DNA of 64,000 bases, from positions 394,730 to 458,729 of IMG/VR virus record IMGVR_UViG_3300028920_000022; one strand, given 5' to 3'. Below are positions 28,888 through 38,400 of this stretch, one piece after another. The first letter of the stretch is position 1. The number at the start of each line of letters is the position of its first letter. The notes beneath the pieces were generated by a model, which made no database searches, was not told the origin of the DNA, and worked only from the letters and a program-made list of their open reading frames with translations. A program made the translations under genes and the position numbers.

Positions 28888-29600
28888 GCCTCAACCTTTT
28901 CTAAATCAAATTGGAGATCGTTATCACTTCTGACATTGGTTTCCATATCGATCCATATAGGATGATCACCTACCAATGCCGATATTTTCTCCAATTGTTG
29001 CTGTAAGTTGTTTGGTCCAAGCCCACCAGCGTATCCGCACATTACGTTTGGAAAAGGTTTTGGCCAATCTTCTGGCAAAACACCACCCCCATGAGATAAA
29101 TCAAAGAGAGGTACAGCATCAACATTTCTTCGGAGCATCCCCCAGAATAGGGTTTCGTTTACTCCATCTGCTTGGAAGATGTATTGTTTCCCAGAGTTCT
29201 TTAGCTGAGTTGGCAGATCTTGGTAGAATTCTGGTGTTGGGGTTTGAGGAATTCCGTGGAAATTGATTTGGATCCTTTGGAACATATCAAAAATCCATGG
29301 TTCCATTTCCGACTCATCAGGCAGTTTTCCTCTCACAAAATTGCTTACAAGTTTACCACAGAAATGTCCGGAAAGTTCCAGTTTAGTGGAGAGAGGTGGC
29401 GGGATTCTAGAGGGTGGATATTTAATTATTGAGTTTAGATCGTGTAGCCAACCACCAGAGGGGAATCTTGGAAAACCTTGAGATTTTGAGGACAGCAACA
29501 GAGCCCATTCAACGAATGGGTATTTTTGTTTTAGAACGAAGAGTTCTACGGGTTGGATACTATCATCTGCACCAGTAATGGTTACTTTACGGAGTCTCAT
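28854..29600 (-). CDS. Phage PRAI-like (phosphoribosylanthranilate isomerase-like) TIM barrel
   Basis: VTITGADD, YPFVEW, LFDLSHGGG, CGYAGGLGP.N, WIDMETNVR. Confidence 0.7.
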   Translation of the reverse strand: MRLRKVTITGADDSIQPVELFVLKQKYPFVEWALLLSSKSQGFPRFPSGGWLHDLNSIIKYPPSRIPPPLSTKLELSGHFCGKLVSNFVRGKLPDESEMEPWIFDMFQRIQINFHGIPQTPTPEFYQDLPTQLKNSGKQYIFQADGVNETLFWGMLRRNVDAVPLFDLSHGGGVLPEDWPKPFPNVMCGYAGGLGPNNLQQQLEKISALVGDHPIWIDMETNVRSDNDLQFDLEKVEACLKIAAPYVE

Positions 29601-29988
29601 TTATACCTTTTAGTTTCTTTTCTGCCGTTACAACAATGGGCTTAGATTCTAGTGACTCAACACATTTGCCGCATTCTGCGCATTCAATAATTTCTTTTTC
29701 ATTCAAACTATCAAGCGTTTTAGTTGTGCCAGAAATGGTAACATCCTTTTTTGATTTGTCACATACATCTCGCACAAATCGGAGTGCCATAGCGGCTACT
29801 TGAATAGCTTCCTCTCGCATGCGTTTATTGCGGTTTTCACATTCTTGCATGCGAACAGCTTCCCACAGCTCATCAACTTCTTCTAGAAGAACAGCATATC
29901 CTTCATGCCCATTATGAAAAGAGCCGAATTTCTTTTCAGCTCTTTGTAATTCTGCGGCAATTTCTTTTAGTTGAGGTATTTTTCTCAT
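29587..29988 (-). CDS. MazG-like nucleotide pyrophosphohydrolase
   Basis: HEGYAVLLEEVDELWEAV...EEAIQVAAMA. Confidence 0.75.
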   Translation of the reverse strand: MRKIPQLKEIAAELQRAEKKFGSFHNGHEGYAVLLEEVDELWEAVRMQECENRNKRMREEAIQVAAMALRFVRDVCDKSKKDVTISGTTKTLDSLNEKEIIECAECGKCVESLESKPIVVTAEKKLKGINETP

Positions 29989-30341
29989 TTGATATTTCCT
30001 CTGCGGCGCGATCGTTCTACAACGAGTCTGTCTCTATATTTGCGCCATTCGTCTTCTTTTACTCTTTGCAAAGCAGGACGCCAAGGCTCGATTTCTTCTC
30101 CTCCAATATAATCTCTTACCTCAACTGGTATTTGGAATTTTTCAAATAACCAGTCTAGGCAAAATTCGCATAAAGAAAACCTATATTCAACGGTATCATC
30201 TAAGGCGCCATATCCGTTTCCGGCGGTAGAATCATAACCGCCACACACATATGCGTCTATGAGACCCATATCATTGTTGAGAGAGGATTCTTCCGGCGGA
30301 GAACAAGGAAAACCGCACAAATTACAGATATGCTTACCCAT
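29985..30341 (-). CDS. Hypothetical protein
   Basis: CNLC, CEFC. Confidence 0.6.
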   Translation of the reverse strand: MGKHICNLCGFPCSPPEESSLNNDMGLIDAYVCGGYDSTAGNGYGALDDTVEYRFSLCEFCLDWLFEKFQIPVEVRDYIGGEEIEPWRPALQRVKEDEWRKYRDRLVVERSRRRGNIK

Positions 30342-30345
30342 CAGG

Positions 30346-30420
30346 TCCCCCAGATAGGATTCGAACCTATATTATTCACAGATTAGAAATCTGGTGCCAT
30401 GTCCATTAGGCGACTGGGGG
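30346..30420 (-). tRNA. tRNA-Arg(TCT)
   Basis: CCCCCAG/CTGGGGG acceptor, CAGA-TTTCTAA-TCTG anticodon arm, ATAGG-TTCGAAT-CCTAT T-arm. Confidence 0.92.
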
Positions 30421-30927
30421 CTACGTTATATACTGTCGGAAACTCTTATAGTCCCCAAACTCTTGCCTAATTTCTTTCAAAACTTTTTCTTGGTTGCCGC
30501 CAACATATTTCTTTAACAAATAGGCAACCAAATCATCCTGAGCAATTTCTTTTAGTTGACACAGTGGACACCGTTCGCTGGGAAGATCATATCCACTACT
30601 TTCTGGCTCATACAGATCATTAATAGCATCTTCGTGATCTTTATATAGCTCTTCGATTACATCGTCTCCTGCTGATTCGAGCATTTTTAATTTGACGTCA
30701 TCGTGGCGAAATATTTGATTTAGATCTGCACGTTTTCCCTCAAGTGACAGATCTCTTTCTATTTCCTCGCCGGGGAGCAAATATTCTGCCAAAAACTCAT
30801 GTCCGCAAACACATTCGGCAGTAGGTTCCTCATATTCTCCATCCCAGCCCGCAAGTGTAATTCCGCTTACTTGGCATGTGAAGCTGCTAGAACTGCTGTT
30901 AGAAACGAATCCTGTTCTTATTTTCAC
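30421..30927 (-). CDS. FVSNSSSSSF-leader family protein (copy 4 of tandem array)
   Basis: KIRTGFVSNSSSSSF; C..CGHEF and CPLC. Confidence 0.75.
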   Translation of the reverse strand: MKIRTGFVSNSSSSSFTCQVSGITLAGWDGEYEEPTAECVCGHEFLAEYLLPGEEIERDLSLEGKRADLNQIFRHDDVKLKMLESAGDDVIEELYKDHEDAINDLYEPESSGYDLPSERCPLCQLKEIAQDDLVAYLLKKYVGGNQEKVLKEIRQEFGDYKSFRQYIT

Positions 30928-30928
30928 G

Positions 30929-31297
30929 CTAATATCCTCCTTCGTGTTCCATTATGAAATCTTCGGTACGTATGTTCAAATCGGTATTACACAGTAACGA
31001 TTCTACTTCTTCTCCACCATTACCACAATCATCAAAACTTCCGATATAAACGAATTTGCCCTTTTTCTTTAATTCTTCTTGGTATTCTGGCTCGTAATAA
31101 TTCCAGTCTTCAGAATCTTGACACAATTTTGCTTTAGTAAAAATGGTATCAATTATTTCTGAAATCACCTCACGTAGTGGGTGTCGTTTAGTGACACCGA
31201 AAGATTTGATTAGCATCTGTTTTGTAAGTTTTCGTTTTGTAACAATAACGAAAGATGAGGAAGATGAATTAGAAACGAATCCTGTACGTATTTTCAC
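30929..31297 (-). CDS. FVSNSSSSSF-leader family protein (copy 3)
   Basis: KIRTGFVSNSSSSSFVI. Confidence 0.75.
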   Translation of the reverse strand: MKIRTGFVSNSSSSSFVIVTKRKLTKQMLIKSFGVTKRHPLREVISEIIDTIFTKAKLCQDSEDWNYYEPEYQEELKKKGKFVYIGSFDDCGNGGEEVESLLCNTDLNIRTEDFIMEHEGGY

Positions 31298-31818
31298 AGC
31301 TCTACCTTTTCCACATATTTTGCAAACTCTTTATACGAAGAAAAACGGGAGAATATTTCCTTATCAACAGCTTCTAAAGTGCCCTTGTCTCCCAGTAATT
31401 CTTTTACTAGAAAGCGTATTCTGTCATTTATAGCGATTTTTTCAAAATGACAAATGGGACAACAAGTAGACGGCAGCTCATAAAATCTATATTCTCCCCA
31501 GGAATCACTTAATGCGTCGTTTAGCGAACCGATAGAATTATCGAAAATTCTATTTATAGCAGCATCATCAAGTTCGTCGCCATAATCGCAAAAATACCGA
31601 CTCAACTCTTCAGAGGTTAGAAATTCTTTCTTTTCATCGGTGGTTAGATTTTTATCCAGCTTTCTCACAAAGTTGGGAGCAAAGGCGTGACCACAAAGAC
31701 ATTCCATTGGATAAAAGTCTTCATATTCGCCGTCACGTCCGGAAGTAACATCCCCACTTATCTGACATACGAAACTACTGGAACTACTATTTGAAACAAA
31801 ACTGGTACGTATTTTCAT
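31294..31818 (-). CDS. FVSNSSSSSF-leader family protein (copy 2)
   Basis: MKIRTSFVSNSSSSSF; CLCGH, CPIC. Confidence 0.75.
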   Translation of the reverse strand: MKIRTSFVSNSSSSSFVCQISGDVTSGRDGEYEDFYPMECLCGHAFAPNFVRKLDKNLTTDEKKEFLTSEELSRYFCDYGDELDDAAINRIFDNSIGSLNDALSDSWGEYRFYELPSTCCPICHFEKIAINDRIRFLVKELLGDKGTLEAVDKEIFSRFSSYKEFAKYVEKVEL

Positions 31819-32384
31819 TTTTTATTGTCCATTGCTTTTTTGAAGGCACTATACGTGCCGAATTTATTTCGTAGTTCTTTTATGACAGTTTTTCTGGCAC
31901 GTCTTCCCAACAGGTATTTCAGCAACTCATCATCTGGCACATCATCAAAAGCACAAACTGGGCACATGAACCCAGGAAGTTCGCCAATGTATGAATCGTA
32001 CTTATCTTTTTGAGCATTTATGTGGCTCAAGAAAGATTTTGTATTTAGGTGCGTAAATGCCTCATCTATTTTAGCATCGGCTCGTTTTTTGTTATATCCC
32101 CACATTTTGTTTACGAGGTTATGTCCGTCTTCTGACAGTATTTCGGTATCGAAATCGCCGTCAACTTCAAAAGCCAAGGAAATCATCTGCCACTTATCTT
32201 CCGAGGACATATTACGTGGTATTTCACACTTAATATATTCGTAAAGAAAGTTGTGTCCATTACAGCAACTTGCCATCGGTGGACCATCCCAACATCCATG
32301 GGAATTCACGCTAGTGGTACCGCTAATATCGCAAGTGTAACTTGAGGAGCTAGAATTTGAAACAAAACCCAATCTAATCTTCAT
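31815..32384 (-). CDS. FVSNSSSSS-leader family protein (copy 1)
   Basis: MKIRLGFVSNSSSSSY; CCNGH, CPVC. Confidence 0.75.
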   Translation of the reverse strand: MKIRLGFVSNSSSSSYTCDISGTTSVNSHGCWDGPPMASCCNGHNFLYEYIKCEIPRNMSSEDKWQMISLAFEVDGDFDTEILSEDGHNLVNKMWGYNKKRADAKIDEAFTHLNTKSFLSHINAQKDKYDSYIGELPGFMCPVCAFDDVPDDELLKYLLGRRARKTVIKELRNKFGTYSAFKKAMDNKK

Positions 32385-32550
32385 TCTTTTGATCTCCGCA
32401 CTTTTTGATCATTTTCCAAAACGATTTTTTGCTGAGAATTAAAACAGCATCGGCAAGATAGGGAGCTTCTAGATCCTCAATGTGAACTGAGTCAGAATAT
32501 TGAGTAATTTTAATGTGTTTGTCTTCAAATAGTGTTTTAAATTTTGGCAT
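32374..32550 (-). CDS. Small hypothetical protein (58 aa; not in ORF track)
   Basis: MPKFKTLFEDKHIKITQY...; fills the operon gap. Confidence 0.5.
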   Translation of the reverse strand: MPKFKTLFEDKHIKITQYSDSVHIEDLEAPYLADAVLILSKKSFWKMIKKCGDQKNED

Positions 32551-32574
32551 ACTTATTGCCCTTCAAAAGATTTT

Positions 32575-32847
32575 CTACCGTTTCACGTCAATTACATGAA
32601 AGGCGTATGCATTATTTAATACAAGTTCAGCTACGCTTTCAATTTTACGACATTTGGCAATATCGTCCCAAACTCCATTTTCAGACATGTTGCGGCAGCA
32701 TGCGTATACACCATCAGGCAACTTTGGAACGGCAACTTCCGCAATTGACTCATATCCGCCAGAAGCATCCATTTCCACAAGACGTTTTCTGTTTTTAAAC
32801 AACCATTTGGTTATTTGCTTTACCCAAGGCTGTACCACAAATCTCAT
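32575..32847 (-). CDS. Hypothetical protein
   Basis: ATG adjacent to the reconstructed upstream stop in the IS empty site. Confidence 0.6.
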   Translation of the reverse strand: MRFVVQPWVKQITKWLFKNRKRLVEMDASGGYESIAEVAVPKLPDGVYACCRNMSENGVWDDIAKCRKIESVAELVLNNAYAFHVIDVKR

Positions 32848-32857
32848 TTAACCTAAT

Positions 32858-34081
32858 CAAAAAAGAAGTCCTCTACTTTTAAGTGGAGGATGAATTTTTT
32901 CTTCCGTATCTACGCATAATTATTCATATTTTTGAAGATATGTTGGTTTACAAATACAGACTCTATCCCAGTAAAAAGCAGCAAGAAAAACTGTGGATAC
33001 ATGCGAATAAATTGAATTGGATCTATAACCAGTTTCTAGATCAGAAAATTAACACATATAAGAATACAAAAAAGAATCTCTCCAGATACGATCTACAAGC
33101 GCAATTACCGAAACTTAAACAACGAGATCCAGTAATTAAAGAAATACATTCGCAAGTTTTGCAACAGGTGCCCAAGCGTTTAAACCAAGCATTTAAAGAT
33201 TTTTACAAAAGAGGAAACAAAGGATTTCCAAACTTCAGATCTAGTTTGAACTTCTTCGGTATTTGTTATCCTCAGAGCGGATACTCTATATCAGGAAATG
33301 TCTTTAGAACGAAAATATACGGTAAAATGTCGTTTCTCAAATATCGCCCTATTCGTGGGAATATTCGACAAGTGTATATTACTAGTGAGAAAAATGGCTG
33401 GTTCATTTGTATAACAACTGACTATGAAAAAGATATTCCGAAAGCAACGGATAAGATCGGTATTGATGTAGGATTAAAGGATTTGGTTGTAACATCCGAA
33501 GGAAAACATATTAAAAACTGTAGTCATGCGAAATATTTTGACAAACAGATAGCGAAGATATCGTCAAGAATAGATAAGAAAAAGAATAAGAAATCCAGAT
33601 CTCGAAAGTTTCTGTGTAAAGTTCGGCGCAGATTGTATGATGTGAAAAAACGTAAGATTAACGATTTTCAACATAAAGTCTCGAAGAGACTTAGTTCCGA
33701 ATGCGATACAATATTTGCTGAGAATTTGAGTGTAAAGAAGATGAGTGAAGGAGAATTGCGGAACTTAAACAAGAGCATTCGAAATGCCAAATTAGCTAAT
33801 TTCATTTCGTATCTATCATACAAGACCAACACATTGGTGTTGGTCAATCCGAAGAACACAAGCAAGACATGTAATCATTGTGGGAATATTCGAGAGAATT
33901 TGAAGTTATCCGAGAGGACGATTACATGTGACAAATGTGGTGAAGTATATGATAGGGACGAAAATGCCGCTAAGAACGTTTATTGCCTGGGACAGGCTAT
34001 TCAGGATCTACAGTTAGAACCTGAGTATGCTGAATTATTTACGATTCAGGAAGCTCTTGCCTTAAGGCAAGAGTAGTTCAC
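32858..34081 (+). mobile_element. IS200/IS605-family (IS1341-like, tnpB-only) element, 1224 bp
   Basis: LE CAAAAAAG + hairpin TCCTCTAC-TTTTAA-GTGGAGGA; RE hairpin CTCTTGCCT-TA-AGGCAAGAG then TAGTTCAC; removing it restores the flanking reading frame. Confidence 0.85.
32940..34076 (+). CDS. tnpB: TnpB RNA-guided endonuclease
   Basis: YKYRLYP HTH; RuvC IGIDVG / AENL / DRDENAAKN (D-E-D intact); CxxC..CxxC ribbon. Confidence 0.95.
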   Translation: MLVYKYRLYPSKKQQEKLWIHANKLNWIYNQFLDQKINTYKNTKKNLSRYDLQAQLPKLKQRDPVIKEIHSQVLQQVPKRLNQAFKDFYKRGNKGFPNFRSSLNFFGICYPQSGYSISGNVFRTKIYGKMSFLKYRPIRGNIRQVYITSEKNGWFICITTDYEKDIPKATDKIGIDVGLKDLVVTSEGKHIKNCSHAKYFDKQIAKISSRIDKKKNKKSRSRKFLCKVRRRLYDVKKRKINDFQHKVSKRLSSECDTIFAENLSVKKMSEGELRNLNKSIRNAKLANFISYLSYKTNTLVLVNPKNTSKTCNHCGNIRENLKLSERTITCDKCGEVYDRDENAAKNVYCLGQAIQDLQLEPEYAELFTIQEALALRQE

Positions 34082-34431
34082 TCCTCCGCCAGGGTTTGGA
34101 TTACTTTAGGTTCAGTTACTACGCCATTTTTTATGCGTAAACCGCTAGCAGATCCGTCTTCCCAGGTTAAGATTACTTCTAAATGCCCCTGAATTTTTGG
34201 CGCAATGTTCTTAACAAAATTATCCCAAAAGTGTCCAGAACATGTACCACCCCACATAAAGTCTTTTAGAACAAACTTGCCTTCTTGTGCTATTTTGAAC
34301 GGCTTTGCTTCGTACAAGAAGTGTGTTTCTGGCAAAAGGTCTTCTTCGTTATCTAAAATCCACTCCACGTCCGTGGCTGAAATCCAGGCATCACACTTTA
34401 GTGTGTGGCAATGATTTATGTTACAACTCAT
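34078..34431 (-). CDS. Hypothetical protein; stop codon now supplied by the IS right end
   Basis: TGA lies within the TCAC end of the element. Confidence 0.65.
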   Translation of the reverse strand: MSCNINHCHTLKCDAWISATDVEWILDNEEDLLPETHFLYEAKPFKIAQEGKFVLKDFMWGGTCSGHFWDNFVKNIAPKIQGHLEVILTWEDGSASGLRIKNGVVTEPKVIQTLAEE

Positions 34432-34433
34432 TT

Positions 34434-35483
34434 TTATACCTCAAACAACGGACATGTTCTACAAGAAAACGAATTGCTTTCCCTGGTTTTTAATAAACTA
34501 TTACGGAATGCAACCATTCTTTCGTGGTTCCACACATCTTCAATAAATGAATTGCAGGAGACTACGTCCATTCCCCGCGCCCACTCTACACAACCCTCGG
34601 CAAAAGAGCAAGGAAAAGCTTCACCCTTCCAGTTGATAAATATGGAAAACAATGAACTCTCGCAAGGCTCCACATACTCAGCTATCTTGTCAAAATCTTT
34701 ATGGTTTTTAATTGTGTTCAAGAATTTGAAAGCGGAACAACTATCGAAACCAAGCCCAACATTATTTGAAGTAGCTTGGTAAACCAAGTAAGCAAACTTG
34801 TTTTGTGACAGTTTGTGATAATGTTTCCCTCGCCCCTTTTGCTTTAAAGATAGCATAACAATAGCTTTTACAGGATCCAAACGAGAATCTTTTACCTTGT
34901 CTCTAATGGTTTCCCGAGTAAGATTAAATGTTTCCTCACTGATCATACAATGAATGTTAATTTGTTGCAACCCATGTTTGTGCAATTTTTGAATAGAATC
35001 GTAGCAAATATTTTTATTTTCGTAACGGCTGACAGCAACAGCCCCACAAACTTCTGCTAGTTTTGCTGCAGTTTCGTCTGAAATATCGGCAACGGTGATG
35101 TTTGGTATAACCCCATTGTTTCGACAATACCACATCATATCGAAAAGTTCGGGGTTTGATGTGGCATTACTATCCGCACCAAAAGCAATTTGCGTTAGTA
35201 TTCGGTTTTCTGTAATTTTGTCGAAAACTTTTTTAAAGGTATCCAGGGACATGTTGTTGCCAACCGGAGTATTAGATTTGTAGCAATGTTTACAAACCTT
35301 TCCACCTACACCTTTACATATGGTGGTTACTTCGATGTCAGCAATCTCGGGAGACGGCGACATCTCCGGGTCTTCTTTTTTAGAGCTGCCCCAACGAATA
35401 AAATATCCAGAACCTTTATGGAACCGGTAATTATAATTAGGAGAGCGAACTGTTTTATGGTGTTTGCTTTCAGTAATTTTCAT
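34434..35483 (-). CDS. Radical SAM enzyme with SPASM/twitch-like C-terminus
   Basis: CKGVGGKVCKHCY (CX7CX2C), PCESSLFS.FINWKGEAFPCSF, CRTC. Confidence 0.85.
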   Translation of the reverse strand: MKITESKHHKTVRSPNYNYRFHKGSGYFIRWGSSKKEDPEMSPSPEIADIEVTTICKGVGGKVCKHCYKSNTPVGNNMSLDTFKKVFDKITENRILTQIAFGADSNATSNPELFDMMWYCRNNGVIPNITVADISDETAAKLAEVCGAVAVSRYENKNICYDSIQKLHKHGLQQINIHCMISEETFNLTRETIRDKVKDSRLDPVKAIVMLSLKQKGRGKHYHKLSQNKFAYLVYQATSNNVGLGFDSCSAFKFLNTIKNHKDFDKIAEYVEPCESSLFSIFINWKGEAFPCSFAEGCVEWARGMDVVSCNSFIEDVWNHERMVAFRNSLLKTRESNSFSCRTCPLFEV

Positions 35484-38400
35484 CCATTGCGTACCCTTCG
35501 GAGATATTGCGCCAAGTTTTCATTAGGTTTCGGCGCGTAATCTCCAAGGTACTCTAGCTTTTCTTCCATGTCAACACCAATAATTTTTCCAAAATTTTCC
35601 AGCTCTTTCTTTGCGTTTCCCCACAAAGCATTCTTATTTTTGAGGAACCAAACCAGCGCTATTTCTTCAATATTTTTACCATTAAATCTGGCATCCGGAT
35701 TCAGAATATAGGTAGAAAAGAATATTTCCATAGCCTCAGCAAATTCGTTTTCTCGTTCTTGGTAAGCTATATTGCGTGCCATTCCTTTTGGAATATTGGC
35801 AACCATTTCTTTATATTCTTCTGGCAATTGGTATACATTTTTTGCAATCAGTCGTAAAGCGGTTCCTATAGGCATCCATTTTGTTTTATCTTGTTCGAAA
35901 AGTCCGCTCATTTCTGCTGGGTTAATTTGTCCTATTTCTTTTCCTTGCAGCTGAATTCCCTTAATATTTTTGATATTAATTGGTCTGTGAACAACGCCCT
36001 GATTTTCTCCCAAATCGTTCATTTCGCCTTTTTCGTTATGTCTGGTGTCGTCTGGGTCAATCTCTATCCAATTGAGCGGAATTGCCATTTCCAGTACCAC
36101 TGGATCTCCGCCATCTTCTTTCGCGGTGTGATTAGCATAGAGCCAGGCGCCTGTAAAGCCTTCCAGCTGACGGGTGACGTAGATACCTGGGCTTACTGAT
36201 TCCCAATTAACGTAATTTTCGGCAATAGAGGGGTCCAGGGAGCCATGTTGAACAATAAGTGCCAATTTCTTAGACGAGGTACCGTGGTAAACAATTACCT
36301 TGTGTTTTCCAGCAGCCTCTCTAAATTCGGGATCGTGTAAACTTCGGACTCTACCCAGCTCTAGTGGCAAAGCCCTCTTAGAAAAAGCCAGGGACTGTTT
36401 CAATAAATTATGTCGTATAAATGCCTTTATTGTTGTATCAGTTTCTTTTTTCAACATTTCTTTAAGGTTATTATTATCAAGCTTTGTGGCAATTTTAATT
36501 CTTTCTTTTTTGTCTTTTTTAGATATTAATTTAACCAAAGGGTCTTTGGTGTCATTGGTATCTTCCTCGTCTTCATCTTCTCCGCAGCCACATTCTTCAC
36601 AATGTTCAGTTTCGCATGGGCAATCTTCACAATGACATCCACAGTTTAGACAATCATCGAAGCCACATCCACAATTTGGACATTCTTCAGTTTCGCAAGT
36701 GCAGTCTTCACAATGGCAGCCACAATTTTCACAGTTATCATAGCCACATCCACAATCTGGACACTGTTCTGTTTCGCAAGTACAATCTGGACAATGACAT
36801 CCACAGTTAGGACATGGGTCTAATCCACAACCACACTCTTCACATTGCTCTTCATCGCAATTACAATCCTCACAATGACATCCACAATTTTCACAGTTAT
36901 CAAACCCACATCCACAATTTGGACATTCTTCAGTCTCGCAAGTGCAGTCTTCACAGTCACACTCGCAATGTGGACAAATGGCTTCAGGTTTTATTCTCAT
37001 ACGAACGGCTCTAAACTTAGCATAAAGCTTGGCATATTCATTGCCTACCATCTTGTCTTTTATGATATTTAATACTGAATATTGAGCTTTATGGTTTAGA
37101 ATTTCATTACCCAGCATTTTACGTAGATATTGGTAATCAATTCTTTTTGCAACAGCTCCGCGAACATCTACTGAAGGATCATCCATGAGTAATGTTAAAT
37201 ATTTTTTATCTACTCTTTGGGCCACAGCATAACGCACCAGTTGGGTATCCCATATGGGGCTATCAATGAGAAGGTGTAAACTTTTCTCTGGCAAGCGTTG
37301 AGCCAGCTTTCCTAAAGCATCCAAGTTTTTAATATTTTTTGTCAAGATTTGTGGGAGATATTTTTCCAGCAGCTCGGGTTTTGTTTTCATAAACAACTGC
37401 CCCATTGCCATATATTCAATTGGTCCCAAGTCTTGCCTATTCAATAATTCTTCAAATACATTAGAAGTATCTTTCATTTTATGTAATGCAGCAGACACTG
37501 TGTCTAAATTATCACTTTTGACCATTGCTTCCAAATCTGATTCGTCAGCAACCTGTTGAACAAAAAGCTGTTGCACTCTAAAATTATTGTCATGCATCAT
37601 AAAAGACTTAAGTACTTTATGATATTTTTTAGCTATATTTTTGTCGTAAACCAGTTTACTATATGCTGATAAACGTACATTTTCATCTTCCGATCTCACA
37701 AAATGGAAAGCTTCAAGTATTGGTAGGCGATTAATGGCTGCTTGTTGTGCGTTTGGTGTTGTGTTTTTTAATAAATCTATATGATCTTGCAGATCCTGGT
37801 AGTTCATTGACGTAGCTGCATAATATTGATTTGACGGATCGTCAGAAGACAGATGTTCAACTCGCCTCATACGCTCTCGTAACACCTCTAATACTCGTGG
37901 GTTTTTTTCCGTCTTCATCATTAAAGATATTTGGTTGTAAGGTATTCGTTGTGCTACGGAATCTCGTACAGTTTCGGACTGGTCTTTCACCATTAATATC
38001 AAACGATCTCTGGGTATTTTTTGTGCTACTATGTTGCGAACACCAACGCTGGGATCTTTCATCATTTCAGGTAGATATTTTTCATCTATAGTGTTAGCTA
38101 TTTGAACTCGTATAGGCTCAAATTCATCATGAATAAATTTAGGCAAATATTTTTTATCCACTTGTTTGATGGCAGCGTATCTTGCGTTATCATTAGTGCT
38201 TTCAAGTAGTCTTACCCAAGGAATTTTACTATATATAACCTGTGTTACAGCAAGATCTATATCTCCATTTTTGCGATCAAGAATTTTGTTTAAATACTCT
38301 TCAGAATATTCCTCATAACGATGGTTATCTATATAAGCAACAACCACATCATCATCCGGGTCGTTTTTTAATGTTGTTAGTTTTTCTTTCAACTCTTGTG

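Noticed and set aside
32883-32939. GTG-initiated N-terminal extension of TnpB
   Set aside because: It lies in the left-end hairpin; family homology starts at ATG 32940.
36300-37072. Plus-strand His/Ser-rich ORFs
   Set aside because: Antisense shadows of the Cys-repeat region of the giant ORF.
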